Assembly: GCF_006345805.1 (NCBI RefSeq)
Contig: NC_043005.1
Coordinates: 39,246,001-39,310,000, forward strand
Direction of reading: 5' to 3'
Length of the DNA stretch: 64,000 nt
DNA from: Octopus sinensis
Lineage: Eukaryota
The notes below the pieces were generated by a model. That model was not told the origin of the DNA and ran no database searches. It worked only from the letters and a program-made list of their open reading frames with translations. This document shows positions 37,361 through 51,153 of the stretch, in pieces. The position numbers and the translations under genes were made by a program. Within the stretch, counting starts at the first letter, position 1. Every line of letters starts with the position of its first letter.

Positions 37361-38899
37361 TATAATATAAAAAAACATTTCTCATGGCAACAATACACTG
37401 TTTACAGATGCTTACATTTTTTACGTTTTCCGTGAAATTTTCACGGGTCCAGCTAGTGGTTATAATCATACCATTTTGTCTGAGTGTCTCTTTAGAATGT
37501 TAAGTAAATGACTAGACTTAAAATAGCATTTGTTGGGTTAATCCTTTCTACATGGGGTGGATAAATAATTAAAAAAATATTTATAAAATAATAGTGGGAT
37601 ACGCCATTAGGTTTTGTTAAAAAAGGAGTGAAGATACAATAAGGTTTTGAAGCAATCCTAATAATTTTTAATAATTATGCTTATAGTACTAATTAATAGT
37701 ATTTATAATAAAATTCAAATCGATCAATTGTAATATTTTACTTACTAGTAGCTGATTAAATCCATCCACCTATTGCCCGAAGTGAGATAGACCAAGGTCC
37801 AGCGTTCGATATAAGTGATCAGTTAACTTTTAGAAACAAAACACCGGATATTGTGACCGTTATACGGGTAAGATAAATAAATAAATAAATAAATAAATAA
37901 ATACGAAAATGGCATATGTTGTAAGGAGACCTAAAGCGCTCAGGACAGTATATACAGAACTAAAGAAATAGAATATTATGGGATAAATAAGGTTAATCAT
38001 TATTCATTAAAATTTAGAGAGGTGCCTATTTGGCTACTTAAGAATTAAGGTGGTGGAATGGGTTACCAAAAGCCTTTTAAATTATAAAGTAGAAATATGA
38101 AAGGAATTTATTCCGTAGGAAAATTAAGGAGAATATTTATGGTTAAGGGGAGGTAATAACTAGGGTACATCGCCTAGATTTGGGAGATTATAAAGTCACA
38201 AATCAGACTGCTGATCTACCGGCCAATGCAACTAATCAGTGAGCTGACTAGACAATCAAACAGCTAATTGGCTTAAACAATCTATAAGTCAGTCAGCCTA
38301 ATGGTTAATTAAATAAGTAAAAGTATATATCCCTTATTAAATAAACTATTACAAATTAAAATACTTGCAAATTATTACAGATGCACGTTCTTACTACAAT
38401 TTGTTCATGAATTCATACACACAAAAAAATTAAAAACCCATATTCATGCGTATGCACACACTCATATGAATATTAATAAATATATGTATATATATATATA
38501 CACATACGTACACTCACATACACATGCACGCTTACATACACATACATACACTCAAGTACAAACATGCCTATATACCCAATCAATCTAAATATATATTATA
38601 TATTGTTATATTAACCCATACATGGGTACATACATTTGCAAGCTTCAACAATTGGTTTCCTATGCATGTATAATATACATAACAATAATAATAGCACGTA
38701 GATAAGCGCTAACTGCAAAGCAAAGTGCAAGCAAATACATAACTAAAAGAGGGTATACAGTTAGTATTAAAGTGTTAAATATTTATTTTATTGTGCTGGG
38801 GTGGTGGTAGTGAAATAGGTAATTCCAAATCTATCCCACCCCGCACACTAAAACAATTATTTAACACATAAATACAAACTTTATACCCTCTTTTAGTTA

Positions 38900-39025
38900 T
38901 ATGCCTCCATCCATCCATCCATCCACCCATCCATCCATCCATCCATCCATCCATCCATCCATCCATCCATCCATACATACATACATACATACATACATAC
39001 ATACATACATACATACATACATACA
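38900..39025. repeat. (CCAT)n(ACAT)n microsatellite
   Basis: Directly visible. Confidence 0.97.
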
Positions 39026-39653
39026 TCTGATCCAAGCGTTAGTGCGTATCCGGTCGGAGCTTATTTCGGTTTTCATGGTATTTAAGAAAGCGATCACATA
39101 TATTATTAATTTATTTGGTTCCTTTCTGTCGTCTTTTCCTCAATTTATTATACAATAATATATATTATTAACCATCCCTCGTAAGATTAATTTCTCTTGG
39201 ATTCTGTGTGAAGCTATCAAAGTTAAGAAAATCGCCAACCTATGAGACAAATACTCAAAGACTGATAGCTGATACACTGCATTCAAATACGCATTGAATA
39301 TATACCTATCTCAGTCTGTAAAATAATATAGTATCTGTATCCTGAACTTCGATTTCGAAATTAGGGGCTTTGCAGAATATTACTTTTACGGCTTGGTGTA
39401 GCAGAGGTCTCTTTCTCTTAAATGCACCATTAAAAACAGCGTTATTTGCCAGCCCATCATTGCAGTTTTCTCCGTACAAATTATTGGCAAACTTCCTGGC
39501 TAATTGTTAGTGTTTCATTAATCGCTAATATTGAACACCTCATTAATTATTGTAGGACATTACAAAGATAACACAGACCTTTCCGACCCCTTTCAAATCA
39601 TTTTCATTCTACCTGGGGAAAGAAATTATTTTATTGAACACCTCACTCTCTCT

Positions 39654-39715
<62 letters not shown>

Positions 39716-40471
39716 ATCTATCTATCTCTTTCTTTACTCCGCTAACTACAACATGCGAGTTAGCCTATACATAGTCAATAGACCTGCAGGAAATTGCAAC
39801 CAAATTTCCCCTCATATCATACTACAGCGTCTTAAATAGAGAAATAAACAACAAAAAAAGAGAAACAAAGGAATATTCTAGGCATATTTCTTTTATATTC
39901 CTTAATTTCAAATTCAAATTTCTAATCCTGCAAAATATTTGACGTAACGATTACCTTATATTTATTGTCCGCTATATAACTTCACATACATATTAGATAT
40001 CATATTTCTCGGTATTCTAGCTTAAAGATAGGCCAAACTGTCACAGTTGCATCTTATTTGATCAGACGTCTAGTTATTCACCAAGAGCTCACCAAGTGTT
40101 ACACAACATGCACGAATATAGTCGAACATGCACAAGCACACATATACACATACACAAACTCACATTTGTACGTAAATGACACAAACCTAAATGTTTGGGG
40201 TCTGTTATCATGACGATTGCCATCACTCATCTTCAGTTCCTTGCATTACGCTTTAACACTTTTTAGAGATCAGTTGTAAATATCCGGCATAGCCGTTGGA
40301 TAATCTACTGTCGTCTGTTAAAGACTAAAACAAAGCAAAAAAAAAAAAAGTCCACGAATGGAAGAAACTTAACAGGCAGAACTAGCTAGGTAGTAACTAA
40401 AGAAGTCAGCTGGGAACGCTTTACATGGTTTGCTCGACCTGCTAAAAATAGACAGTAAATCTCCCCCAAAT

Positions 40472-40809
40472 TCTTTCTTTTTTTCTTTTTGACTCCGCCG
40501 GTTACGACGACGAGGGTCCCAGCTGATACGATCAACGGAACAGCTTGCTCGTGAAATTAACGTGCAAATGGCTGAGCATTCCACAGACACGTGTACCCTT
40601 AACGTAGTTCTCGGGGATAATCAGCGTGACACAGAGAGTGACAAGGCTGACCCTTTGAAATACAAGTACAACTCATTTTTGCCAGCTGAGTGGACTGGAG
40701 CAACGTGAAATAAAGTGTCTTGCTCAAGGACACAACGCGTCGCCGGGAATCGAACTCACAACCTTACGATCATGAGCCGAATGCCCTAACCACTAAGCCA
40801 CGCGCCCTC
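40472..40809 (-). mobile_element. Intact tRNA-derived SINE, family B, with 16-bp TSD
   Basis: Minus strand: A box TGGCTTAGTGG, B box GAGTTCGATTCC, body GTTGTGTCCTTGAGCAAGACAC..., A-rich tail. TSD TAAATCTCCCCCAAAT at 40456-40471 and 40810-40825. Confidence 0.9.
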
Positions 40810-41859
40810 TAAATCTCCCCCAAATACACTACAGCCAACATAACTAAAGACATTCAAAATTATATAATGCTTAACATATTAGTCTGAAAATAAACAAAAG
40901 GATCATGCTTGGAACGACAATTTTATCGATACTTTATTTCCGTCAAGGCTGACCATCAGCTAAAGCTAATATATACAAGGCGAGACTAGGATTGTTGACG
41001 CTCTGCCGCTTGTGGAATTTTGCTGTCCTTGCACGTACAATTTTAGAAGTAGAAATAAATGAATTTTTTGTTCTTTCTTGAGCACTAAGTTTCATAAAGA
41101 CACTTGCCTGGTTTCCATGCTGTATAAGCGATCAACATCACAAACTTTCGTTAAAGGGGGCACCAGACCGTGGCATGGTTCAACTCTAGCAATTCTAAGG
41201 GGAGAAGACAAGTCAATTACATCGACTCAAGTACTTGAATGATACTTTATTCTATCGTCTCCAGAGGAATGGAAGCCAAAGTAATGCTAACGATTCTAAT
41301 AGCTCATCGCCTTTACATATAAGAACAAAATGCTATAATCTCATTTCATACTTACATAGTTTCCCTTAGTATTTCTGAGAAAATCTTTAATACATATTAA
41401 ATACGTCGCCTACTGCTGAGTGTATCTGGTCGTATTTTAGCCGGCCCTGATTATACCGCCTACAAGATGTCGACACTACAATAATTGGTACCTTACATTT
41501 TTTTCACCGTTTCATTACCAAAAAATCCAATTCTTCCTTCGACTATATAGCAGTATATTTAATCGGCCCAGTTTATATTCCTTACAGGCAGCTGACCCTA
41601 AAGATATCTCTTAACTTTATGGTCAATCTTTCATTTCATTCATCGTTTGATTACAAAAAAAAACTACTCTTCCGAGTTGATGCGTTCCTCTGTCTATTGT
41701 AGCGCAAGAACCGTTGTATTTGTTCCTTTGAACTTGTTGTAAACCTCCTCCCAATCAAACTTAATGCTATAAAGTATTTGGTAAGCTGATTGTATGTAGC
41801 CTATGTCATTTCAAACGTCTTAGCGGTTGACACGCGTGCCTACTTTTGTATATCTATAT

Positions 41860-41897
41860 ATACATATTTACATGCGTATATCTATATACATACATAT

Positions 41898-41966
<69 letters not shown>

Positions 41967-42109
41967 TCATATGTATATTTATATGTACATGTATATATAT
42001 ATGCATATACGTGTATGCAGGTATATATAAGTATTTATATATATAGACATATATATATATATACACACACACATATATATATACATATATATACATATAT
42101 ATATACACA

Positions 42110-42176
<67 letters not shown>

Positions 42177-42180
42177 TTAT
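41860..42180. repeat. (CA)n/(TA)n microsatellite field
   Basis: Directly visible. Confidence 0.95.
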
Positions 42181-43599
42181 ACACAAACTCACTCACACTT
42201 ATACCTTCGGGAGATAAATTCAGTTGGATCTATAACATACACGAAAATAACTTCATTGTCTGTAGTTTCAATATATTCTTTCCTATTGTCACAATTGTTG
42301 TAAATTTTCCCCAGAAATTCAATTATGCTTGTTGTCCACTATAACTTAATTGGAGAGACGTTTGAAGTATTTTACTGAATACTCTTAACCTGATCTCTGT
42401 CTGCTGAAAACTGTTTGGTTCTTTGGGTTTTTTTAAATTTTATTTTTCGTGTTTTATATTTCATTTTAGCTAGTATATTGTGTTTTAATTTAATGGCTGT
42501 GTTTGACATTTCTAGATATCAAGTCATGATATTTTAAATGCTTGTTACTATGAGTTAATATTCTACAGCACTGATGTGTGTATTAATATGTTAGACATGA
42601 GAGCAGAGGAGACAATAAATGTTATCGCTAAAAAAAGTGTTAACACCTGTCGGAAGATATGTTTGATATTGAGTTCGATAAAATGTTGTGAAATTTTGAA
42701 AATTAGTAAAATGGCGTTGTTCGTATTTTAGAAAAAATGGTGAATTATTTGTAGCATTTTAGAATGGTAAAGCTGAATACAGAATAATAATGGCGTACAT
42801 ATTTTTAATACATTCCAGCAGATTTCAAAGTGAGTACGCTAATCACTATTGTCTATGGAGAACAACTTGTTTGTTCAAACAATATGCGATCAGTTCGAGT
42901 ATGTGAGATTTTGACTCATATGCTTGGGGTCACTCATATGTTTGGCGTCACTGATTCAACGCTGATTTGTTTGACATCAGATGTTTTAATGATTTTCTCG
43001 TTTTAATATTTCTCTCGTTTTCATGCTTTTCTCTCCATCAATCCCTCCCGCCCTTCTTCCCTCTATTTCTCTCTCCCTCTCTTTTATGATATACATGTGA
43101 ATATATTTCTCTATGTGTCTGAGGAGAGAGAAATATTTATGTTAGTCATGTTCAATTAATAAATTGTAACGCCTGTTCTCTCTTCTTATCTTTATCGCCC
43201 CCTCTCTTCCACTTAAACTTTCTATGTGTATTTGTACATTTTCTACGCACCCATTCGTGCAAAGAAAAACTGCTGTCGCCAATACAAGTGAGTGTCCAAA
43301 TTGTCTGCATCCAAACAGCAGCGTCAAATCGTCTCATTTCATCTCCTAACATACGTGGTTCATTGAGGTAAGGAGTCTTTGAGACACTGCAGTATCTCTT
43401 AATTAAAGTCCCCCTCAGAACGATGCTCTTAATAATAATAAAAGATTTTGTTTATAGAAATCAGAAAATAAATGATTCGCTGCTGCTTGCTGGTGTCTGC
43501 CAAATTGTAAATAAATTGTCTCGTACTAAGAAAGCACATACAAGTCATCGTTTTGAATTTTGTTGTTCTGCGTATAAGTGACAATTTGTGAATACAGAG

Positions 43600-43975
43600 G
43601 CACAGGGAAGTCTTTATGGTTAACGAGTTCACGTTGGAACCACGTGGTTTCGTTTTCATTCTCACTGCGCCACACCTCGGGCAAATGTTTTCTACTATAG
43701 CCTGGGCCGACTCAATGCATTTCAAAGCGAATTGTGTAGGCGGAAACTGTGTAAAAACCTGTCGTGTGCGTGTGTGTTTGTGAATTTGCGTTTCCACTCC
43801 GCCACAGGTTTACAACCAGCGTTGGTTTGTTTATATCATCGTGACTTAGCGGTTAAACAAAAGAAAACGCGAGAATAAGTACCAGACTTACAAAAGGTGT
43901 CGATTTTTCATCGGCTAAGCCCTTTTAAGGCAGTGCCCTAGCATGGCCGCGATCTATTGACTGAAAGAAGCAAAA
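43600..43975 (+). mobile_element. Diverged SINE family A copy
   Basis: GGGCAAATGTTTTCTACTATAGCC...GGAAACTG...ACAACC...GACTTAGCGGTT...GAATAAGTACC...GCATGGCCGC...GACTGAAA, collinear with 19645-20043. Confidence 0.7.
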
Positions 43976-44696
43976 AAAATAAATTTTCTCATAATTTACA
44001 TTATCACTTTCTCTCCTGTTTTTTCTTTTTCTATACCAAACTTTTCCTACAGCCCAATCTATAGGGACAGCTTGAACATATCGGATCCAGTTTGTTTTCT
44101 ATGAAAATATGTTGGTCTCTAATTATCTGTAGAAATCAAACAATCTTCTATAGTATATTCGCCTTCAGTCACTATAGCAGAATCCTACAGAGCTGTTCAA
44201 AAGAATTCAATTATATAGCGATCGATATATCAATAAGGATTTATCGATGTATGGTCGAAATTATTATAAAATTATAATCCTAGTAAGATCGACTTTAGCT
44301 TATTACTTTCTGGAGTTCCATAAACTCAGTTACATTTCAACAGTAAAAAGTGGATTGATGTACCAAATTCAATAGCTGTTTGATGTAGTAATTGATTAGG
44401 CATTGACTCAAAATCGCACCCCGTCACAGGCATCACCTTGATAATCTAAGTATTGAAGTGATTGTCATGATAACTCTAGACACCCCCTCCCTCGCTTAAA
44501 CTTCAATACACTTCCAGGAAAATTATTAAGTAAGGCATCAATAAAGGACACTATACTAGGACATATTGATAAGCTGATTATATGAAAAGATTCCAATCTT
44601 TTACTGATAGAAACATTGAAAGTTTGAAAGTTCAAGCGACATAAGCGAAAATCTGCGGATCTAATAAATTTCATTTAATTAAAGTCATTACAAAAT

Positions 44697-45215
44697 TGAT
44701 GATGATGATAATGATGATGATGATGATGAACGACATGATTATGATCATGATGATGGTGGTAATCTTCAGAGTGACGATGGTGGTGGTGATTGTGTTGGTC
44801 GTGGTGAAGGTGGTGGTGGTGTTCGTCGCCGTAGTCGTGGTATTAGTGGTGATGGTGGCGGTAATGGTATTGATGATGGTGGTCGTCGTAGTTAAGATGA
44901 TGTCACGACGAAGACGGTGGAGAGTAGGATGATGAAAATGACAATAATGCTGATGGTGTGATGGTGGAGAGGAGGAGAATAACAATGATAAGGATGAGGA
45001 GGTGGTGGTGGTCGTCGTGGTGATGGTGGTGGTGGTGGTGGTGGTGTCGTCGTCGTCGTCGTCGTCGTCGTGGTGATGGCGGTGGGGGTGTTGGTGGTGG
45101 TGGTGGTGGTGGTGGTGGTGGTGGTGGCGGCGGCGGCGTTGGCGGCAGTAGCGGTAGCTGCGACAGTGGCGGCAGCAGCGGCGGCGTCGGGGCGGTGGTG
45201 ATGATGGTGGACATC

Positions 45216-45249
<34 letters not shown>

Positions 45250-45287
45250 CGACGACGACGATGACGATGATGATGATGATGATGATG
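44697..45287. repeat. Long compound trinucleotide array (GAT/GGT/GTC/GGC)
   Basis: Directly visible; stepwise changes of the repeat unit. Confidence 0.95.
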
Positions 45288-46172
45288 AAAGTCATTGACA
45301 CGATGTCCCAAAAGCTGGTTGTGATGTGACTCATCACATCAGCGACTTATCAGTGGGGTTGGTCTACTGATATAGTGATGGTAAGTACTGAGAGAGTTGT
45401 TATTTTAAATATTTAAAGGTAAGAAATACATCACATCGGTTCCCAATAACAAAAATTAAAAAAAAAAAAGCAAACCACAATAGTATCACACATTTAGATA
45501 TACAAACACTGAGTATCCCGATAAATATAAAATATATTTGATTATATTTCAAATTTTGATTTAACATGTCATATCACTACCAAAAGGAACTACAAAGTAT
45601 AAAACAAAATCATTTTAAACAATGATAAGGTTCACGTCAGACAATGTTTCCACCAACCAGGGAAAAGCTGTATAGCATAACAATATAAAGTACATAATAT
45701 ATAACACTGTAGCAAATATTGTTTTCTCTTCTTTGTCTTGAGTCGGTAAGTGTTATTTCCTATTAGCTTTTATCTAGAAACAAAAGTAAATGACTACTAT
45801 TCCCTTTAAACTTTGCTTTTATGACTTGGACATCGATGTTTTGAAACTGACCTATTTTCCATTACATTTCAGATAGATTCAGCGCTGAGTTGCTGAAGCA
45901 GAAATATCGTTATAGCAAATATTCTGGACAATACCACAGATTTGCTTGTCAAACTGCGGTGGGGGAGAAATACAGATACAAAGACACGCATGCACACACA
46001 ATCACATACATATGTACGCATGCATAATACGCGCACACATACATACGCCCAGTCACACACACGCACGCAAACACACACATATACACACACATACACACGC
46101 GCGCGTGCACACACACACACACACATGCACAAGCACACACACACACGTCGCACGCTCACACACACACTAAAA

Positions 46173-46252
<80 letters not shown>

Positions 46253-46254
46253 TA

Positions 46255-46380
46255 CAACGGTCTGACAAATCCACTCACAAGACTCTGGTCGGCCCAAGGT
46301 TATAGTAAAAAGTACTTGCCCCGTGTACCAGGTAGAGGGACTGAACCGAGAAACAAGTGGTTTGAAGCAACGCGTATTAA
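46255..46380 (-). mobile_element. SINE family A 5' fragment
   Basis: AAATCCACTCACAAG...GGTCGGCCCAAGGTTATAGTA...ACTTGCCC...GGGACTGAACC. Confidence 0.7.
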
Positions 46381-47447
46381 ATATATAATGTACAAATAAC
46401 ACAAAAACGTCCAGCAGACTATGAGTCGATAAAAATTAATTTTCCTGGACGACCCGGTACCAAATGATATACTGCCCGTTATTGGTGGTAAGAGACATCT
46501 AGTCCTAATGAAATTACAAAAGACTGTGTTGACAAAGCTTGTTTTTATTGTGTCATCATGAAAATCGTAAGACGGCTGGGGAGACAGTTGTCATTTCTCC
46601 AGTAGTGGTAGATATGGTGGAATAAGTTGCGCAGTAGAGCAAGCTGAAGATATTGAAGACAGAACTTATCGAAACTAATGAAATCTCACTCTAGATTATA
46701 GTTTACCATCGTAGATCATACGCAGATTCCGCGAATTCTATCAATTTTAACAGATTTATAGTTGTTAAGAAAACAAAATAACGATCATAAATTTATTGAA
46801 GACACGTTGAAGACGTTACTCAAAGTGTTATCTTTTCTAATACTAATCATAAACTTAATTTAGCCAAATAGTACAAACATTGACAGTGTAAATAACCCGT
46901 ACAATAACACTGTAATGAAATGCACGCAATCCTGGGACCTTCAATACTATTTACAACACATCCCTCAGTAATCACATGAAATGGGCACCTTAACCAACCT
47001 CACAACCGAACACTGTGACAAGAAGCTTCAACACAATGCTTACGAATGTAGTGTTTGAATATACTTGTATGTATGTACAATTGTTTATGATAGGATATAT
47101 CCTACGACAAGGAAACGATTAATAGTAGAACACATCTTACGGTAGTGAAACTGGATGAAGTATTTCTGCTTATCTGTTATGAGCAACAATTCGATTAAAA
47201 TATCCATCCGTGAACCATATTTCGTGTGCCAGATAAACTGCGGCATTCGTCGGGCAAAAATATATTTTATGGACCTACTGCTTATATGTTGCCATAACGC
47301 TCGTTCTTATATAATTTGTCTGAACAATCGGCAACGTCAAATAGCTTCCAGTTTTTACATGCATAAGCATAGATGAATACGCGCGTGAAAGTGTGTGTGT
47401 AAACCACATGCACGCACACAACACAAGCATATATATGTATACATATG

Positions 47448-48330
47448 TATAGGGTGTCCCAAAAGTCACTGATGTGTTTTAATTTTTAGTAATTTCGTTA
47501 ACTTTGCAAATAAAGCTATGAAATCTTAAAGCAATATAAACGATATAATGGAAATTAATATACACAAGTAAAATTTTGCAACGCCTCTACATCACATATA
47601 AAAAAATGACATCGCTTAAATGGCAGCCATTTTCGGCTTCGCATGATCGTGCTCTTTCCAAAACTTGCACCATATCACCTTCAAGAGTTTTAGATCCCAT
47701 GTCTCTGATTTCTCTATTGATGTTCTCCTTCAATTGCACCATGTGAAAGCCCGTTGACATTGCCGTAGCGGGATATTATTCTCTCTCTAAAGCACTGCGT
47801 AACAACCACATTGTTTCTCGTGCGGTATGAGCAACTGCCCCATCTTGCTGGAAACATGTGCGTGGTTTATTTTGAATGGACGGGAGCAAAAAGCTCTCAA
47901 TCGTAGATACTTGAAAGTAAGGGTTTACGTCAACAAACGGGAAGCATTGTATAGGCGTAGCGTGGATCTGTGGTAAGAAGCTTGCTTCCCAACCACATGT
48001 TTCGGGTTCAGTCCCACTGCGTGGTACCCCAGGCAAGTGTCTTCTATTATAGCCTCGGGCCAACCAAAATCTTGTGAGTGGATTTGTTACACGGAAACTG
48101 AAAGAAAAAGCTTTCTCGGAGCGACAAACATCGATGTTTCGTCCTTGTTTTGACTTATTAATACCACATACCGAACAACGGCCGCTGCAAATCATATTGC
48201 TGACTATGACTATATGCTAAATGATTTAGAAACCATCTTCTGGCGTGTTCCATCGTTTCATGCCACGAAAAAAATTCAAATAGGAAGTATATAAACAAAA
48301 TGGAACACACTTACACAAGGTAGTTGTGTT
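47448..48330 (-). mobile_element. Tc1/mariner-superfamily remnant (possibly rosa/DD41D-like), interrupted by a SINE
   Basis: One end TATAGGGTGTCCCAAAA (CAGGGTGTCCC-type TIR); minus-strand CFQQDGAVAHTARETM (about 47820-47860). The other terminus was not found. Confidence 0.6.
47953..48117 (+). mobile_element. SINE family A 5' half nested in the Tc1/mariner remnant
   Basis: GGCGTAGCGTGG...GGGTTCAGTCCCACTGCGTGG...GGCAAGTGTCTTCT...GTGAGTGGATTTG...GGAAACTGAAAGAA. Confidence 0.8.
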
Positions 48331-48741
48331 GTTTGTTCATGGGTCGGCTGCAGATTTTGGGTGTAAAAGCATATAGTCACCGTGCGCCTAGTGTAAAAAG
48401 TACCTGAAAGTAAGTCACAGTCAAGCGAAACAATTCACATCGGGTCCTTTGTTTATGCGTGTGTATGTGTGTGTTTGTTTGTTTGTGTGTGTGTGTGTGT
48501 GTGTATGTGTGTGTGAGTGCGTGTCTGCATGTGTGTGAGTGCGCGTGTATGTGTGCGTGTGTGAGTGTGTATGTATCTTTGTATGTATGTTTACCCCGCA
48601 CTGCCGCTTGACAACTGGTGAATAAGTACCAGGCTTAAAAACTACGTACTAAGGTCGATTCAATCTACTAAAAATTCAAGTCACTACTTCAGCATGGCCC
48701 CAGTCTGATGACTGAAACAAGAGAGCGATAATTATCTGTCA

Positions 48742-48796
<55 letters not shown>

Positions 48797-48806
48797 GATC
48801 TGTCTC

Positions 48807-48851
<45 letters not shown>

Positions 48852-48852
48852 G

Positions 48853-49320
48853 ACGAGCCTGAAAGGATTAGAGACAAACGCTTTTCTCTCTGATCAATCT
48901 CTCATCTACTTCTTCAAGTATCACTTGAAAAGGAAAGTGAGAGTAGGGAGGCAAGTTTTGTCTAGTGAATGTTTTTAAAAAAGGATGGGCGAATGTAGCA
49001 AGCATGGCACGTATGAATGACGAAGCCACCTTGAGCATGATCCTATGAACGGTAAAAATTTAAGACAGAGAGTTACTTATTTGTAAAAAACAAATGTAAC
49101 ATGTGACTTCATTAACCGAGGTTACCGTGGTCTTTTCCGTAGGCTTTTCTTTCCACGGATAAAACCCACTTGTCTTCCCATTTACACTTTATATTGACAT
49201 TTCTGTGATAACGATCCCTATTGTTCGAAAACCGAGCCCTCTTTTTTTATCCCGAAAAGAAAAGCTCTACCTTGTAATTTGTCCCGTCTGTGTGGAGCCC
49301 TGTGTGGCTAATAAAGAAAC
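48853..49320 (+). mobile_element. L1/Tx1-like LINE 3' fragment
   Basis: CTTCTTCAAGTATCACTTGAAAAGGAAAGTGAGAG matches 15595-15630; ends CCCTGTGTGGCTAATAAA. Confidence 0.55.
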
Positions 49321-49707
49321 ATATCTAACTCTCCATATATATATATATATATATGAATATCTATTTATAATACAATATACATAGAGAGACATGTTTGCAT
49401 ATGTGTATTTTTACGTGCATACAGGCCATGCATAGATGCATACCCACAGATACGCATATGCAAGCATGCCAATGTGTTTGTGCACTGACTCTCCTATTAA
49501 GATTTAGCATTGTTCATGTCATTTCACACACGAGTTTATATTTGCGCTAATATAGGATGTCTGTCTACTTACTAATACATAGATACAAACACATACATAT
49601 ATATTATACCGTTGTGCTTGAATACGTTCAAATGTTTAGGTCTATATGCGTGTATGTATAACTGTATGATGGCATGTATTCTCACATATCATATAAACAT
49701 AAACACA

Positions 49708-49749
<42 letters not shown>

Positions 49750-50061
49750 CGTGTATGTACGAGAAAGAATGAAAGAGAGAGAGAGAGAGAGAGAGAATGA
49801 GACACTCCTATACTCTCCCACTGAGTCCGTTCCATCATTTTCTCAAGTACCCCGTTGTTATCTAATTAAACCACACAGTCGCCCACGCATGACTCAAGTT
49901 GATCAATTCACTTCCAGAAAACGTGATGTGACATGACATGACACAAACGGAAAAGTATTTAACAAAAGGAAGTTTTACCAGGCTGCAGTGCATTTTGGTA
50001 TAGCAAAAATAACAAGCTAAGTTATAACGGATCGTTTTAATAAAGATAACAAAAGGAAAAT

Positions 50062-50157
50062 ATGGCGGCCGTTCATACATTAGCATCGTTATGTTCTTTC
50101 TCCTCCTACTCCGGCACCTACCCCCGCCATCACTACCGCCATCTTACAAGCCGTAAG
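50062..50157 (+). CDS. Candidate first coding exon segment MAAVHTLASLCSFSSYSGTYPRHHYRHLTSRK, product unknown
   Basis: AAT-ATG-G start context, in-frame upstream stop at 50047-50049, 32 open codons with raised GC/CpG, phase-0 donor AAG|GTACGT at 50158, possible acceptor ttcacttccag| at 49917. Family not recognised. Confidence 0.5.
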
Positions 50158-50444
50158 GTACGTAACGTTGGCTCTGATCTAATAATCTCATCTGATCAGT
50201 TAGACTCTGCTTGATTACATACCTGACTTCTGTGGAAATTGTCGCCGGCAGCTAGCTAAGGTGTTAATACAATATGTGCGTACTTGCATTACTACTACTG
50301 CTGCTCCTGCCGCTGCTGCTGTTACTGCTGTCGTTGCTACTGCTGCTGTGGCTCCTGCCACTGCTCCTAATGATACTACATCAATACACTACTATTATTA
50401 CTATTAATCCAATGCAACAATAGTAAATTCGGTACTATGTTGTT

Positions 50445-50460
50445 GTAGTAGTAGTAGTAA

Positions 50461-50499
<39 letters not shown>

Positions 50500-50575
50500 C
50501 AGCAGCAGCAATAGTAGTAGTAGTAGTAGTAGTAGTAGTAGCAGCAGCAGCAGCAGCAGCAGCAGTAGCAGCAGC

Positions 50576-50620
<45 letters not shown>
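50445..50620. repeat. (TAG)n(CAG)n microsatellite
   Basis: Directly visible. Confidence 0.97.
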
Positions 50621-50621
<1 letters not shown>

Positions 50622-50900
50622 AACGAAAGAGAAGGTGAAAGGAGGAAATGAGAAAGAGGAGAGCATGAAGGAAAGGTGGGGGAGGGTAAAGAAAGAGGGA
50701 GGAAGTGAAGGGGAAGGGAAGAAGATAAGAGAGGAAGAGAGAAAGTGAAGGAGGGGAGGGAGGTAGAAGGGTGGATGATAGGAAGATAAAGAGGAACGAT
50801 GAGAATTCAGGGGAGAAGGAAAAGTGAAAGAATGACGGGTGAGGAGGTGGAAGAGGTGGGGGGAAATGCAGGTGGAGAAGACGAAGTAGTGACCTGAGGG
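50621..50900. repeat. Purine-skewed low-complexity tract
   Basis: Almost entirely A/G on the + strand. Confidence 0.85.
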
Positions 50901-50981
50901 AGACAAAAACATGGAAAGAGGACAGGGGATTTCGATATATGGGTGGGATTGCAGAGTCGAAGAAATGGGATCCGCAATGAC

Positions 50982-51038
<57 letters not shown>

Positions 51039-51077
51039 AACAGATAGACTTTCACAACCACGCCGCACATGTACATA

Positions 51078-51115
<38 letters not shown>

Positions 51116-51119
51116 CCAC

Positions 51120-51151
<32 letters not shown>

Positions 51152-51153
<2 letters not shown>

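Noticed and set aside
40740-40809. SINE heads (also 10021, 19645, 22593) as tRNA genes
   Set aside because: A/B boxes are present but they run into SINE bodies and I cannot fold a complete cloverleaf.
41790-42344. YI/HT-repeat ORFs (also 28480-28977, 31317-31854, 56197-56987, 60632-60971)
   Set aside because: Dinucleotide and tetranucleotide microsatellite translations.
43260-43373. Donor-like sites CAA|GTGAGT and GAG|GTAAGG as exon ends
   Set aside because: Acceptors are poor and no coherent reading frame emerges.
44671-45337. Pro/His/Thr/Val-rich ORFs of up to 144 aa
   Set aside because: All frames on both strands are open because the DNA is a trinucleotide array; no splice or homology support.
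50376-51130. 250-aa minus-strand ORF, the longest in the track
   Set aside because: Composed of (TG)n, (TC)n, a pyrimidine tract and (CTA)n/(CTG)n.
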